A stretch of 63,792 nt of DNA, counting the filler, from Reticulomyxa filosa (taxonomy: Eukaryota; Protista; Foraminifera): assembly GCA_000512085.1 (NCBI GenBank). It is 19 parts of 19 records of this genome, joined end to end, with 100 filler letters (N's around TTAATTAATTAA, not from the genome) between each part and the next. Parts side by side here need not be neighbours in the genome. Positions count along the whole stretch, not along the records: positions 42,143 to 43,158 come from ASPP01006619.1; positions 43,259 to 45,267 come from ASPP01027835.1; positions 45,368 to 49,766 come from ASPP01006620.1; positions 49,867 to 54,128 come from ASPP01019171.1; positions 54,229 to 56,694 come from ASPP01028679.1; 14 more parts are not named here. The stretch is one strand, 5' to 3'. Below the pieces are notes generated by a model. That model was not told where the DNA came from and made no database searches. It saw only the letters and a program-made list of their open reading frames with translations. Of the stretch, positions 42,143-54,427 are shown one piece after another (the stretch's first letter is position 1; every line of letters begins with the position of its first letter). Position numbers and translations under genes: made by a program.

Positions 42143-42791
42143 ACCATCCGCGAGATCTACTACGCCGGCGTGCTGTCGCTGATCATCATCGTGGTGTCCG
42201 GGCCTGTTTGTGGGCATGGTGCTGGGCCTGCAGGGCTACAACACCTTGGCCCGCTTTGGCTCTGCCGACGCGCTAGGTGCGCTGGTGGCACTGTCGCTGC
42301 TGCGCGAGCTGGGCCCGGTGTTGGCCGCCCTGCTGTTTGCCAGCCGCTCCGGTAGCGCCATGACCGCCGAAATCGGCCTGATGAAGGCCACCGAACAGCT
42401 GGAAGCCATGAGTGTGATGGCGGTGAACCCCATCGCCCGCGTGGTGGCGCCGCGCTTCTGGGCCGGCGTGATTTCCATGCCTATCCTGGCCGCACTGTTC
42501 AATGTGATGGGCATCTTCGGCGGCTATCTGGTGGGCGTGGAAATGATCGGCCTGGACGCCGGCACTTTCTGGTCGCAGATGCAGAACAACGTCGACCTGC
42601 ATTACGACGTGATCAACGGCCTGACCAAGAGCGTGTTCTTCGGCATGGCCGTGACGCTGATCGCCGTTTTCGAAGGCTACGACGCCACGCCCACGGCGGC
42701 CGGCGTATCGTCTGCCACCACCCGTACCGTGGTGACCTCGGCACTGGTCATCCTGGCGCTGGACTTCGTCCTGACCGCCTTCATGTTCTAG
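42143..42791 (+). CDS. mlaE: Bacterial lipid-asymmetry ABC permease MlaE, 5' partial
   Basis: [46 protein letters not shown]; high GC, no introns. Confidence 0.93.
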
Positions 42792-42802
42792 GAAACTGCA
42801 TA

Positions 42803-43158
42803 ATGAAACGCTCTACCATTGATCTGTGGGTCGGCCTGTTTGTGGCCATCGGTCTGGCTGCTGTCACCTTCCTGTCGCTGAAAGTGGCCAACCTCACCCC
42901 GCAAAGCAGCGCCGACACCTACACCCTGGTGGCCGAGTTCGACAACATCGGCGGCCTGAAAGTGAAAGCCCCGGTGAAGTCTTCCGGCGTGGTGGTTGGC
43001 CGCGTCAGCAAGATCGAGCTGGACACCAAACGCTACGTGGCCCGCGCCACGCTGACGCTGGACAAGCAATACCAGTTCAGCCGTGACACCAGCGCCGAGA
43101 TCCTCACCGCCGGCCTGCTGGGCAACAATACATCGGCCTCACCCAAGGCGGTGACCCC
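42803..43158 (+). CDS. mlaD: Bacterial MCE-domain protein MlaD, 3' partial
   Basis: FDNIGGLKVKAPVKSSGVVVGRV, AEILTAGLLG; starts 11 nt after the mlaE stop with an AGGA RBS-like sequence. Confidence 0.93.
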
Positions 43159-43258
43159 NNNNNNNNNNNNNNNNNNNNNNNNNNNNNNNNNNNNNNNNNN
43201 NNTTAATTAATTAANNNNNNNNNNNNNNNNNNNNNNNNNNNNNNNNNNNNNNNNNNNN

Positions 43259-43339
43259 TTCGTTTTTATGTGGTACACATTGAGGCTCATCAAGTGGAAT
43301 GGGTAACGCCTTCAAAGTTTGAAAAGTTTTATTGTTCAT
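43259..43339 (-). CDS. 5' end of a kelch-family paralogue
   Basis: MNNKTFQTLKALPIPLDEPQCVPHKNE matches FQNLKDLPIPLSDSQCVLHKHE of the gene at 10856. Confidence 0.7.
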
Positions 43340-43839
43340 GTTATTAATGTTGAGAAATTCTGAAGTAGTTTTAGATTTTTTTAAAAGGGGGAAGTACATC
43401 GAAAAAATTATCCTTTTAAAAGTTATAATTTGACTAGGAAAATAAAAATATAATGTTCTTACAATATTGATTGTATTACACAATGGTTTGATTATATTTT
43501 TAAAGTGCATAATGTTTTAATACTACTCATATGTTATTCATCAAGTTATTTTCACATAATTTGTTTGAATAACAAAAAAAATCTAAAGTTTTCCATTTTT
43601 GTCGGGAACAATCAAGCAAAAAAAACAAGACTATTGATCTATTTCTCATGATTTCAACCTTTTGTGATGTATTATCTACTTATTTTTAAAGTAAAAGCAA
43701 CTTTATTGCAGAAATTTTTTCAGAGTGGATTTTTTTTGTGGCAAAAAATTCTAACCCAAAAAACTTCAAAAAGAACTCGATATCAATTCATTTGTATATA
43801 CGAATAAACCAGAATCAAAGAAACTTTGAAGAAAAGAAA

Positions 43840-44862
43840 ATGAGTAAGAATGAAGAGGGGAAAAGCCAAGAGGGTGCGAAAACTAACTTGAAGTTAGTTC
43901 TTCAACAGCAATCTTGTCTTGACAAAAATTGGATTTTGCAACTGAACCAACATGAGGACATTCACGATTTTATTTGTTTAATTTGTAATGAAATTTTAAA
44001 AAAAGAAGAAATGCAAATGGTTGAACAACAAAAAAATTTTGAAGAAAAAAAAATGCATCAATGATAAAGAAGAACAAAAAGAAAACAATAGAAACGAAAA
44101 CTTGTCGACATCAAATATCAACATATCATTCACTTTCAATTTTGAATTGCAAAGTTCTTTTAAATTACTCAAAACATTCACTGGTCATATTAATTATGTA
44201 TAGTACCGATTATTCAACATTTAACAATGGTCAATTCATTTGTTCTGCATCACGTGAACATAAAGATTCTATTCTGTGTGTGGACATTTCGCCATTGCAA
44301 AGCAATAACAATAATGATAATAATAAAAGTAATAATATTGGTGTAATTGGTGGTAATGGATATACAATTTGTTCTGGATCAAATGATAAAACCATTCGGA
44401 TATGTGATATTGAGACAACCAAACAATTAGTTGTGTTTAAAGGACATATTGTTTGTAAAATATGGATCAAATGAATTAAGAAATAGTGGTGGAGTAAATA
44501 TAATATTATCTGGATCAGAAGATAAAAGTGTTCGTTTATGGGATATTCGATCTGGTCAACAAATTCAAGCAGTCAATAAGCATATAAATAGTGTGATGTG
44601 TGTTGAATATTCGTCATTTGTAATAAAAGATAGTATTGGAGTTGTTGGCGGAAATTAATATGTTCTGGATCAGTTGATAACACAATTCGATTTTGGGATA
44701 TTCGATCACATAAGAATTAATTGTATGCGATTAAAGGAGGTAAAGAAGATGATGGAATATTCTGTCTTAAATTTATCGTAATGAAAAAGAAAGAGAAGAA
44801 CACTCATGATTTGGGTTTGTGTTATTGTTCAAACAAAGGTCCCATTCGCATTTGGAGATAAT
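43840..44862 (+). pseudogene. RING-like/coiled-coil + WD40 family A pseudogene, internally deleted
   Basis: [28 protein letters not shown] (same RING start as the gene at 23361-25145) is cut off; WD repeat 1 then jumps to repeat 4 (ICSASREHKDSILCVDISP); stops present. Confidence 0.8.
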
Positions 44863-45123
44863 TTGCTTTTGTCCAGCAAGAAATGACTTGTTGAATGCAA
44901 TCATTAAATTTTTTTTTGTCATCTTAGTTATGTATTCAGTGTTTTTTGAAGATGTCACTAACAAATAATTTAAGATTTTTAAATATTTTTTTCGTAGCAT
45001 AGATCACAAACTTTTTTCGAATAGTTTAACAAATCATAATTAATTTTGTTCAGTGTTTATTTTCTTATATTTGTTTGTTTATTGTTTTTTGCATATTGTT
45101 ATTCGTTAAGGATATTGTCTTTA

Positions 45124-45267
45124 TACAGTAAGTTGCAAAGAAAACTGGACGCATAAAACGATATCTTATGATGATAATTGATTTTCTCCACGAAAAATCA
45201 ACATTTAGACCTAATTTTTTTTTATTTTAAAAAAAAATCTACAAATCTTGTAGTTTTTAAATATGAT
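45124..45267. mobile_element. Tc1/mariner-type terminal inverted repeat
   Basis: TA|CAGTAAGTTGCAAAGAAAAC...; near-identical inverted copy at 54297-54427. Confidence 0.75.
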
Positions 45268-45419
45268 NNNNNNNNNNNNNNNNNNNNNNNNNNNNNNNNN
45301 NNNNNNNNNNNTTAATTAATTAANNNNNNNNNNNNNNNNNNNNNNNNNNNNNNNNNNNNNNNNNNNNACTATAGTTTTTTTTTTTTTTTAGGACGTGAAA
45401 AGTTAAGAATTTTTTGGAC

Positions 45420-45898
45420 CTAACCAATGCATGGCAACGAATCCCGAATCTTTCGTGAATGAACACACGCGCGACAAAAATTGGTTGCGATTTTCATTGC
45501 GTCGCTGTACGCATCGTATTGTGCCTTTAAACGATTGGTCATTTGCTTCTTTTCCAACTCATTCAGGCCTGGCTTGCCGATCCATACTTTGGTCTTTGCT
45601 TCCGGAAATTGCACTTCGCTTTCCAACACACTGTAGTTGTCTTTCATTTTGTACGCTTTTTTCTTCCCTCCTCTGGACTCTTCTCGTAAATATGTCCCAT
45701 TGGTGTTGTTCTTACAACGCTTGTAAACCAATAACCCAATTACAATTACCACGATTGCAATAATTATTCCACCAATGATTAGCGTTGTTTCCTTTTTGCA
45801 TCAACGCAAAACATAACAGGTTCCCAAAATGAAAACAACCTAATATATATATATAATGAGGAAAAGCATATATTTTTTTTTGAAAAACCTACCTCCAT
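45420..45898 (-). CDS. Single-pass membrane protein, hypothetical
   Basis: ME|intron|ETTLIIGGIIIAIVVIVIGLLVYKRCK: a TM helix followed by basic residues; head-to-head with CIAO2B. Confidence 0.5.
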
Positions 45899-46149
45899 TC
45901 TTGCTCACGTTTTCATGAACGGTCTGAAAAAGTTCCCGGCAAGTACCCTTTGAAAGGTAACCTCTTTCGCTGTTGATTTTAGTTCTTAATTTCAACCCAA
46001 ACAAAATAGCAATGTACTTTCTTCTATTTTCTTACTTCGTCAGATGGTGGAATTTATTACATTTTTTGGTATGTATTCTAAGAGAAAAAAGAGGGTTTTG
46101 AAAAAAAAACACGTGTTTTAATAAGTGAATCAATTTATTTAACTCAAAT

Positions 46150-46831
46150 ATGACAGAAACTCTGAATAGCAATCCTGTTGTGCAGACGAATGTTCTAAGC
46201 ACTCATACATTAGTGACAAGGTACGATATTCCGCGACTTCTTGTCCCTTTCAACGGTAAACAGTAGCAAATATCTCGTGTCTCACAGCAACGCCGACACT
46301 AACCTTATCCGTAAGCTGATAAATCTTTCCAGTGACAACTTGGAGGACCATTTCAGTTGCAGTGATGAAAAGGAAGACAATGGCATAAGTTCACAATGCA
46401 CTGAAAAGAATCAGGCAAGCAGAGAGTTGTTCACAAAAGAAGAGATATTTGATTTGATCCGAAGCATCAATGATCCTGAGCATCCATTGACCTTGGAACA
46501 ACTAAACGTAGTATCACTGGACCATGTTGACATTGACAACGAACATAACCGTGTTACCGTACGTTTTACACCAACAATTCCTCATTGTAGTATGGCTACG
46601 CTTATCGGCTTGTGTATCAAAACCAAAATCTTGCGAAGTTTACCGAAAAGATTCAAAGTGGAAATATTTATCACCAAAGGTACACATCAAAGTGAAGATG
46701 AAATCAACAAACAACTCAATGATAAAGAGAGGGTTTGTGCGGCGTTGGAAAATCCCAATTTGTTGGGTGTTCTTAACAAATGTCTGTTAACAAGCTTAAG
46801 ACAGCAAAGGAATGAGGAACTGTTTCATTGA
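46150..46831 (+). CDS. CIAO2B: Cytosolic Fe-S assembly component MIP18/FAM96B, join(46150..46220,46287..46831)
   Basis: [54 protein letters not shown]. Confidence 0.93.
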
Positions 46832-49240
46832 TTGTTGTTGCTACTTTCTTTGATTTTGTTTTACATCATTACATTTATTCACGCAGTGATTTAGCCAATT
46901 CTAATGTATAGAACGTTGATCTCAAAATAATCTTTTCCACGAGATTTGCGAAGAGCATATCAATAGAATGTTTAAATGAAAGGCAGCTTTCTTTATTTTT
47001 TCACTCCTTTTTCAAATTGAATGAAAATATTCATACAACATTTCCCTTTCAAAAAAAACATAGCAAATAGATTAATGCCGTGATTGCAACAATATTTTTT
47101 CTCACAAATTGTTAATTATTTCTTGCATTTTGATACATTGTTTTGTCCTAAAGTGCAGCGACAAAAAAACCCTCTTTAGAAAAAAAGGATTTAAACGTGT
47201 TTTCGCCAATTATTGATAGAATCAACATTTGCAAAACCAGTTTCAAAGAGACTAATATGGTTTTTACAAAGTGCGTAACAGGTTATCATCTGCATTATGA
47301 AGCTGATTTCGTTAACAACATGTTAACTGATCACAAGTTAGTACACTAATTATTCTTTATTTTTTTTCATAATAAAACGAACAAAACGAGAAGCTTATTT
47401 TAAACAATAATTATATAACGATCGCACTTGTGTCGTGTTATATATATACAAAATACATTGTTTATATCTTTTTCCAATATAGAATATCGATAACGAACAA
47501 TAGTATTACTTATTTGAATGTATTGAAGATAAACACAAAAACTAATAGCACAAGTGAACACGACAAAAACAACAAACTAGAAATTGTAACTTCATACTAA
47601 CATCTTGACGATATAAAATGAATTTGCAAAATATTTATCAACAAGAAATACTTACAAATCACTAAACAAATTTTTTACATATTATAATAATTATTATTTA
47701 GTAAAACAACATCAAAAGGCCATGCTAATTGAACTACATTAAAAACTAACGAAAAAGAAAAAATATAATGTTATTTAACAATAATATGATAACAAGTATA
47801 TGCAAATTTATTGTTGTATGAGCTTTATATAGTATAATATAAATATAAAATTAACTCAATATCGCAAGATAACGACAGTATATGATATTTGACTAATGAT
47901 TACAACGATAAAGAAGATGACAATATCGAACGTATATAATATGATAAAAACGTTTATACAAATAAAAGCATAAAGTAAGGCATACTAAGTTCAAGTTATG
48001 ATTGTAAAATATCAAAATGAAGATTTATAGCATAATATAATAATGTGAATTTAGGATCACATTTACATTTTTTGATCACGAAATATACAATGAAATGTTA
48101 ATGACATTATGCTATTAACGTACATTAGCACATAGTCCTTTATGAGTAAAAGAAAATTTTTGTATACAATCTACAATAAGTAATAATGTATTATATAATT
48201 GTTTGAAACACTTAAGCTATACTTGTGCTTACCACTTGCGCAAACACATGCTTAAAAATGTTACTATTAAGCAGCTAAGTAGATAAAATTACATCAACTC
48301 AATAACTAGTACGATATCTATATGTTGACTAATGAAAATAACAATATAAATGATATAACTAAATACTAATCTAACAAAGCTACACATTGCACCAACGTGG
48401 TAGTGATTATATATAGTCAGTCAAAACAACTAGAAAGATGTACTAGTCATAACATTGTAAAATATAATAACTTAAGATAATCGCAAAATACACATCGATA
48501 ACAATATCAAGACTGCATCGAAGCATAATATCAATATGAATGCAGTAAATCTTCAAATACTATAATATAGTATCACATAACATATTGTAAATGTTCAACA
48601 AATAAATATATGGAAACTTGTAATTGAAAAATCAATGCAAACTTATTGCGGTCGATTTGACATAAATTACAACGTAATAGCATAACAAAGTCAAAACTAA
48701 CTAAAGTCATATCAAATGCAATTACGAAAAAAGATATAAGTAGTTTATTACTTACAAAACAATACTATTTTTGAATTCTGATATCAATAAACTAGTATAA
48801 TGTAAAAGAAAGTTGACATAAAACGTTACTTTATGTATGTTATATATTTTCTTCATGAAGAATAATTAGTAAAGACAATAAAAACCAAAATCATATTTAA
48901 AAACTACAGCATTTGTATATTTTTAAAATGAAAAAAAAATATGTCTAAACGTTTGAAAATTTAAATAATTTTTTCGACATAATTTTGGTTTAAACTTTTA
49001 TTAAAGTTATTGTTTGTGTTCTTTTTTATTTTCTAACACGATTATAAACCAAAATAGTATTTATTTTAGAAAAAGAAAATCTTTTGAAAGCTTTTTCTTA
49101 ATTTTTAAGCAATATTTGTGAAATCATGTCAAAAAATGTTGCTTTGTGATAAAGTGAGACACCAATCAGTGTTTTTACAAATAAATTTCTATTATAACAA
49201 AAATTACTTACAAGCAAATAAAAAAGATTACTGTTATCTT

Positions 49241-49493
49241 GTTCATCATTTCACAAAACTAAAAAAATAATGGATTGGTTTAAAGACAATAATAGAACTG
49301 ATAAATTTTCCTTCTATTAAATCCGATTTAGAGCATTTGGTAGATAATTAAAGAAAAATTATATAAATGTGAAAAAATTAACAACAAACAATAACTTTGG
49401 GAAAAATTTGAAAAATATTTAAAAAAGACTGACACTAAACTATGTTAAGCTGTAGTTGAATTAATGCCACAAGAAAAATCAACAAAATACTAA
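49241..49493 (+). mobile_element. Decayed Tc1/IS630-type transposase C-terminus
   Basis: HKTKKIMDWFKDNN..NFPS / LNPI*SIW*IIKEKL...LWEKFEKYLKKTDTKLC*AVVELMP fits the SPDLNPIE-W...LWE...C..LV.SMP tail of Tc1 transposases. The contig ends (49748-49766) in the sequence that begins the terminal repeat. Confidence 0.7.
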
Positions 49494-50322
49494 AAACATT
49501 ACAAAAAAAATAATTTTAAAATAAAAAATATTTTTTAAAAAAATTTCAAAATTTTGTTAAAAATTAGTAAAGATACAATGCTAATCTTTTTTTTAAAAGT
49601 ATCTACGTGACTTGAAGATTCCTAAAATGAAAACAAAAAATTTAAAAATTTCTTATTTTCAATACATGTTCAATTTATATAAACTCATTCGAAATTTTTA
49701 AAAATCATTTGTGCTCACCTAGAAAAAACTTATCATAAAACTAATTTAATATTTAAAAACTACAAGNNNNNNNNNNNNNNNNNNNNNNNNNNNNNNNNNN
49801 NNNNNNNNNNTTAATTAATTAANNNNNNNNNNNNNNNNNNNNNNNNNNNNNNNNNNNNNNNNNNNNCAACATATTCAATGTTGAATATTTGCTGATAAAG
49901 TGACAATTTGTACATCGATATTTACAAGTGATGACAAATTACAATCATTGCAACAAAGTATGAATAAAGTACTGATAAGACTAAGTGAATCACTTACAGA
50001 ATTCAGACAGATAGTAATGCGGTCATGTGAAATATATTGGACTGTTTCTTGATTTCCACTTTTTTATAAATTTACATTTTATTAAAAACACATAGTAAAT
50101 AAAATTATCTTTAATTCTAACATAACATCAATATAACTTGTGCAGTATTTAATTTTTCATACCATATTGGACATCATTTTTCAAATGCCGTATTGTTGTA
50201 TAGTCATAACATTATTAATAAATCTAATACTTTTGCATCCAACAAATAAATTTTTGTTAATAATATTTATTTATTCCACAATAATTGTGTTAATAAAATT
50301 TGTAATTGCGTTTTTTCCTTAT

Positions 50323-53300
50323 TCAGCTCTTTTTTTTTAAAATTACATACAATAAGGGGGGCATAAGATAATAAACTGCAGCGGAAAACGCAATGATCAG
50401 AAGAATTATAGTTGTAGTGCTAAAGCATTTGAAAGATTGGAATTGCCAGTTGACTGCGTCTATGACCTGATCTATGTGACGTTGCAGTAATTCAGGCAGA
50501 GTTGTGCTGATTGTTGCGTCACCGCTTGAGAAACAATTTGTGTGAGTCTTTCTTTGTCTGCTGCAGCTTCCCCTTATAGTGCTTCTTGCTTCCAATACTT
50601 TAGATCATATGACATTTTTCCTTCTAGTCTTTGCGCCTCTCTTCCAAGGACGTCCCAGAAATGGCGCAACTCCCTTTGAAAGCAAAGTTCAATGTTTATT
50701 TCCAGTTGGGAAATATCAATTACAAGTTGTTGCCTTGGCTAAGATAGTTTTTTGTCATAATAGTGACATATCGTATATTTGTTTATGTACACATATTATG
50801 TATTATATATAGTATACATATTTAATTTTTTTTCTAAAATAAAAACAAACTGTTTCAGCCACGACATTTGACTTAAATTCAGTGGAAGATGCACTTTGTG
50901 CTCTCTTCAAGAAAGTCAGCATCAATTCGTTTAGTTTGTTTTGCAACTCGTCCATTTTGATTGTAAATTTGTTTTGCAGTGATTACCTCAAAAACACGCT
51001 AGTTGTTCTTTCATCGTTTGCTGTGTTTTTTCCTGTGTACATTTGTTTTTTTTTTGATAATTCCGCGTTTTCATGTTCGTTAAAAAACGCTCATAAAAAG
51101 GTACAAAGATCACAACACTACAAACTGCAATTCGACTACTCATTGTATTCATCATGTTATTGAATTGCTTGATCGATTTATTTAACGACGTTGTGAATTT
51201 TTCCAACGAGTCACTAATCTATGTGGATTGATTTTTTTTTCAATAAGAATAACATGATAATTTTTTTTTTTTTTTTATTGTGTGAAAAAAAAAAAACAAG
51301 TAATACCTGATTGGTGTTGTCGGTGGATGTTCCATTCGTGTTGGAATCAGTCTTTGTAGTTTCCGATATTTTTTCTTCCGTCACATTTTCTATTTTGGTT
51401 TTGTCTGCAGTTTGGTCTTTGAGCGACTCAATGTCTTCAAGCGCAGCTTGCTTTTTCGTTTTGTTATCTGTTTCGATTATATCTAGCCCTGTTTCGAGTT
51501 GTATTTGCTCTTCGTTACCATATGTCTCTATTTTCGACTTGGTGTCTTCTATCGTCTTTTTTTTTTTTATTAGTTTGAAATTTTAGCAGTTTGCAACGGG
51601 GGTGATTTATTTTTATGGACGTCTTGTTTTTTTTTTAAATAAAATAAGTGTAAGAGTGTAATGCGAACATGAGACGAGTGAGTAGTTTGCAATTGTAGGG
51701 ACAACTTGTCATCAACTTTGGAGAAAACACTGAAAGGGTCTTGGTTGTTTTCTTGTATGTCTAGGACGGACTTTATATTTTACAAGATATCCATCAGTTC
51801 GCTTTGGTCCATTGACTCTTTGCATGCCTTCTTTTCCCGCCATCCCCATTCCCAATCCCATTTCCCTCCATTATATCATGCAAGCAAAGATGCAAAGTTG
51901 AACAGACTTGAATTGTGAACTTACCTCTTGAGATTCTGCCACAAATGTTTGCTTTGTTTCAACGCGTTCACGTCTTCTCGTATTATTCTCAACATTAACA
52001 TTATTTGACTGAATTTGTCATCGCGATCATTTTGTCGTCTTTTTTTTTTTAATTTTATTTTATTTCTTCTCTTGCACTACAAACACATACACACACGCAC
52101 ATAAAAACAATAACTGAACGTAGATATTCTCGATAATGGCTATCATGTACGGTATATGTCATTTGCATTAGTGAAGGCCTGCACCATGCTATGCGAGTGC
52201 TTCGCACGTTGTTGATATTCGCACTCGCCGCGCGTTGATGGCTGGCAAACGGAATTGCGCTGGTGTTGGTTGTGTCTTTGGCAATTGGGCTCGTCGAAGG
52301 ACTTACGTGGACCTGGTTCATCGTCGTGGAAGCCATGGGCCTGCTTGAAGACGTTTCTTGTATCGCTTGTTTCAATTGTGAATTTTCCTTTTTTTAATTA
52401 TACAATATGCACATGTATATATAAATATATAAATATATAAATATATATATATACATATTTATTTATTTAATAGATAAGAACTTGATTAGCAGATTCCAAA
52501 GCACTTCGGGTTCTGCCCAATTCGTCAGTGACAATGGAGTTGGCTTTTGAGCATTTTGTTTTCTTCATAACACGAGTTGAAGCGCTTGCAAACCTCTTCC
52601 AGCTCTTTTTGGTCTAGTTTCAAGTCCTGGTCCTTTTGCTTTACATCCGTTTCCAGTGGAGTCAGCTGCTGCTCAATGATTTGGAAGGTCTCTTGGTTTT
52701 CCGCAAAACTCTGTAATTGGTCCTTCAATTGCTCCACTTCAATACGCGATTTAAGAAGCTATTTTTCCAATTCTGCTAACTATGTCAATGATTTCATTAT
52801 TTTTATTTTTATTTTTATTTTTTTCTATTGTTTTAACTGATCAAAATAAATAAATATACAATTTTCATTTGTGTCTCCAATGATGTCTTTTGTGAAGCAT
52901 GCTCTTGAGAAAGAACATCACACTGTTGCCTCAGCTTGTCGAGTTCATCGGCGTTATCTTGCGACTTTTGTAAGGTGGTAAGCCCCTTTTCTTCAATCCA
53001 TTTCCACAGGTCTTGCAGAGTTGCTTTGGTCTCCGAGTCCAACACCTTTGTTTGCAACATCTCATCGGTTCCATGTTTCAATTGCATGGCCAGCTCCTTT
53101 GAGTCCTTGTATACCTCCGACAGCTGCGCGTACATGCCAGCGTCCAAATCTGTTTCTTGGTCTTCAAAGGTGGCCTCCCAGTATCGCAAAAACTCGGCCG
53201 CGTTGGGAAATCGGTTTTTCTTCTTTTTAAACTCGTCGATCGCTGTTTGGAATTTCCCAAGTGCCTCGGTTTTGTACTCAAAGTCTTTCGATTCGTCCTT

Positions 53301-54035
53301 ATCGATCTTTTTAAACACTTCTTCTCCATCGCTATTCAAACATGCTCCGTTTCCAAAAACTTTAACACAGAAAGAAAAAATTCATTGCCCACCCCCCTTT
53401 TTTTTTGTAACCTCCCCCTATCCAACACAAACCTGTCCACTTTTTCGAATAGACTTTTGATATCGTTCATTTCGTTCTTTCACATGTGTTGTATTTATAT
53501 GTCCATTTCCAAGCCAAACACAACAGAATAACGCAAACAAACAGTACTTGGTTTTTCGGCTCAGTCGCACCGGCTGCTTCTTCTTCTTTCGAGCTTGGCT
53601 GTTGTGATAGCTATGTAATAACAACAACAACAACAATCATAATAATAATAATTTGTTTGTTTCGGAAAATATTCGAGAATCACAACCAATCAAAAAAAAA
53701 ATAAAAAATCCGAAGTTACAATTTTGTTTTATTATTATTTAGTTGTTGTTGGGAGAGTCAATGAGTTATGTACAATAGGTGGCTATAATAATATGCATTA
53801 TTATTAAATTGTTATTGCAACAGTATATCACTCACATCCTATTTCAATACTAACTGTTGCATCGCGGAGGGGAAAAAGACCCCATTGACAAAGCAAATCA
53901 ATTATGCAAAATAAAAAATGCAATATTAACATTGACTATAAATTGGGCCACCATTTGATCAAATTCACTCCAGCTAACTTGTCCATCTTTGTTCGTATCT
54001 GCCTTTTCAAGGGCTTCAAGTATTGTCACTTCCTA
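50323..54035 (-). CDS. EF-hand + long coiled-coil protein with C-terminal hydrophobic segment (multi-exon model, may be more than one gene)
   Basis: EF loop DTNKDGQVSWSE at 53964-53999; coiled-coil exons 52833-53339 and 52525-52737; terminal IILLIIAFSAAVYYLM. Confidence 0.5.
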
Positions 54036-54296
54036 TTTTTATCGTTGTGTTTACAAGTCTCATGTCTACATGTTTCTCAATCCGAAATGTTTAAGACGTG
54101 AGACGTGAATCTTACTGTCTTTCTTCTCNNNNNNNNNNNNNNNNNNNNNNNNNNNNNNNNNNNNNNNNNNNNTTAATTAATTAANNNNNNNNNNNNNNNN
54201 NNNNNNNNNNNNNNNNNNNNNNNNNNNNAAATCAACATTCTTTCAAATAATTTTATCCAACCAAAAAAAAAGGTATTAAAAAACAAATTGCATTTT

Positions 54297-54427
54297 TAAA
54301 AACTACAAGATTTGTAGATATTTTTTTTAAAAAAAATTAGGTCTAAATGTTGATCTTTCATGGAGAAAATCAATTATCATCATATGATATCGTTTTAGGC
54401 GTTCAGTTTTCTTTGCAACCTACTGTA
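54297..54427. mobile_element. Tc1/mariner-type terminal inverted repeat
   Basis: Ends ...CTTTGCAACCTACTG|TA; reverse complement of 45124-45260. Confidence 0.75.

Noticed and set aside
47401-48840. Alternative genetic code to explain stop-rich, coding-like DNA
   Set aside because: Intact genes in the window end in TAA, TAG and TGA and have no in-frame stops; decay explains it better.
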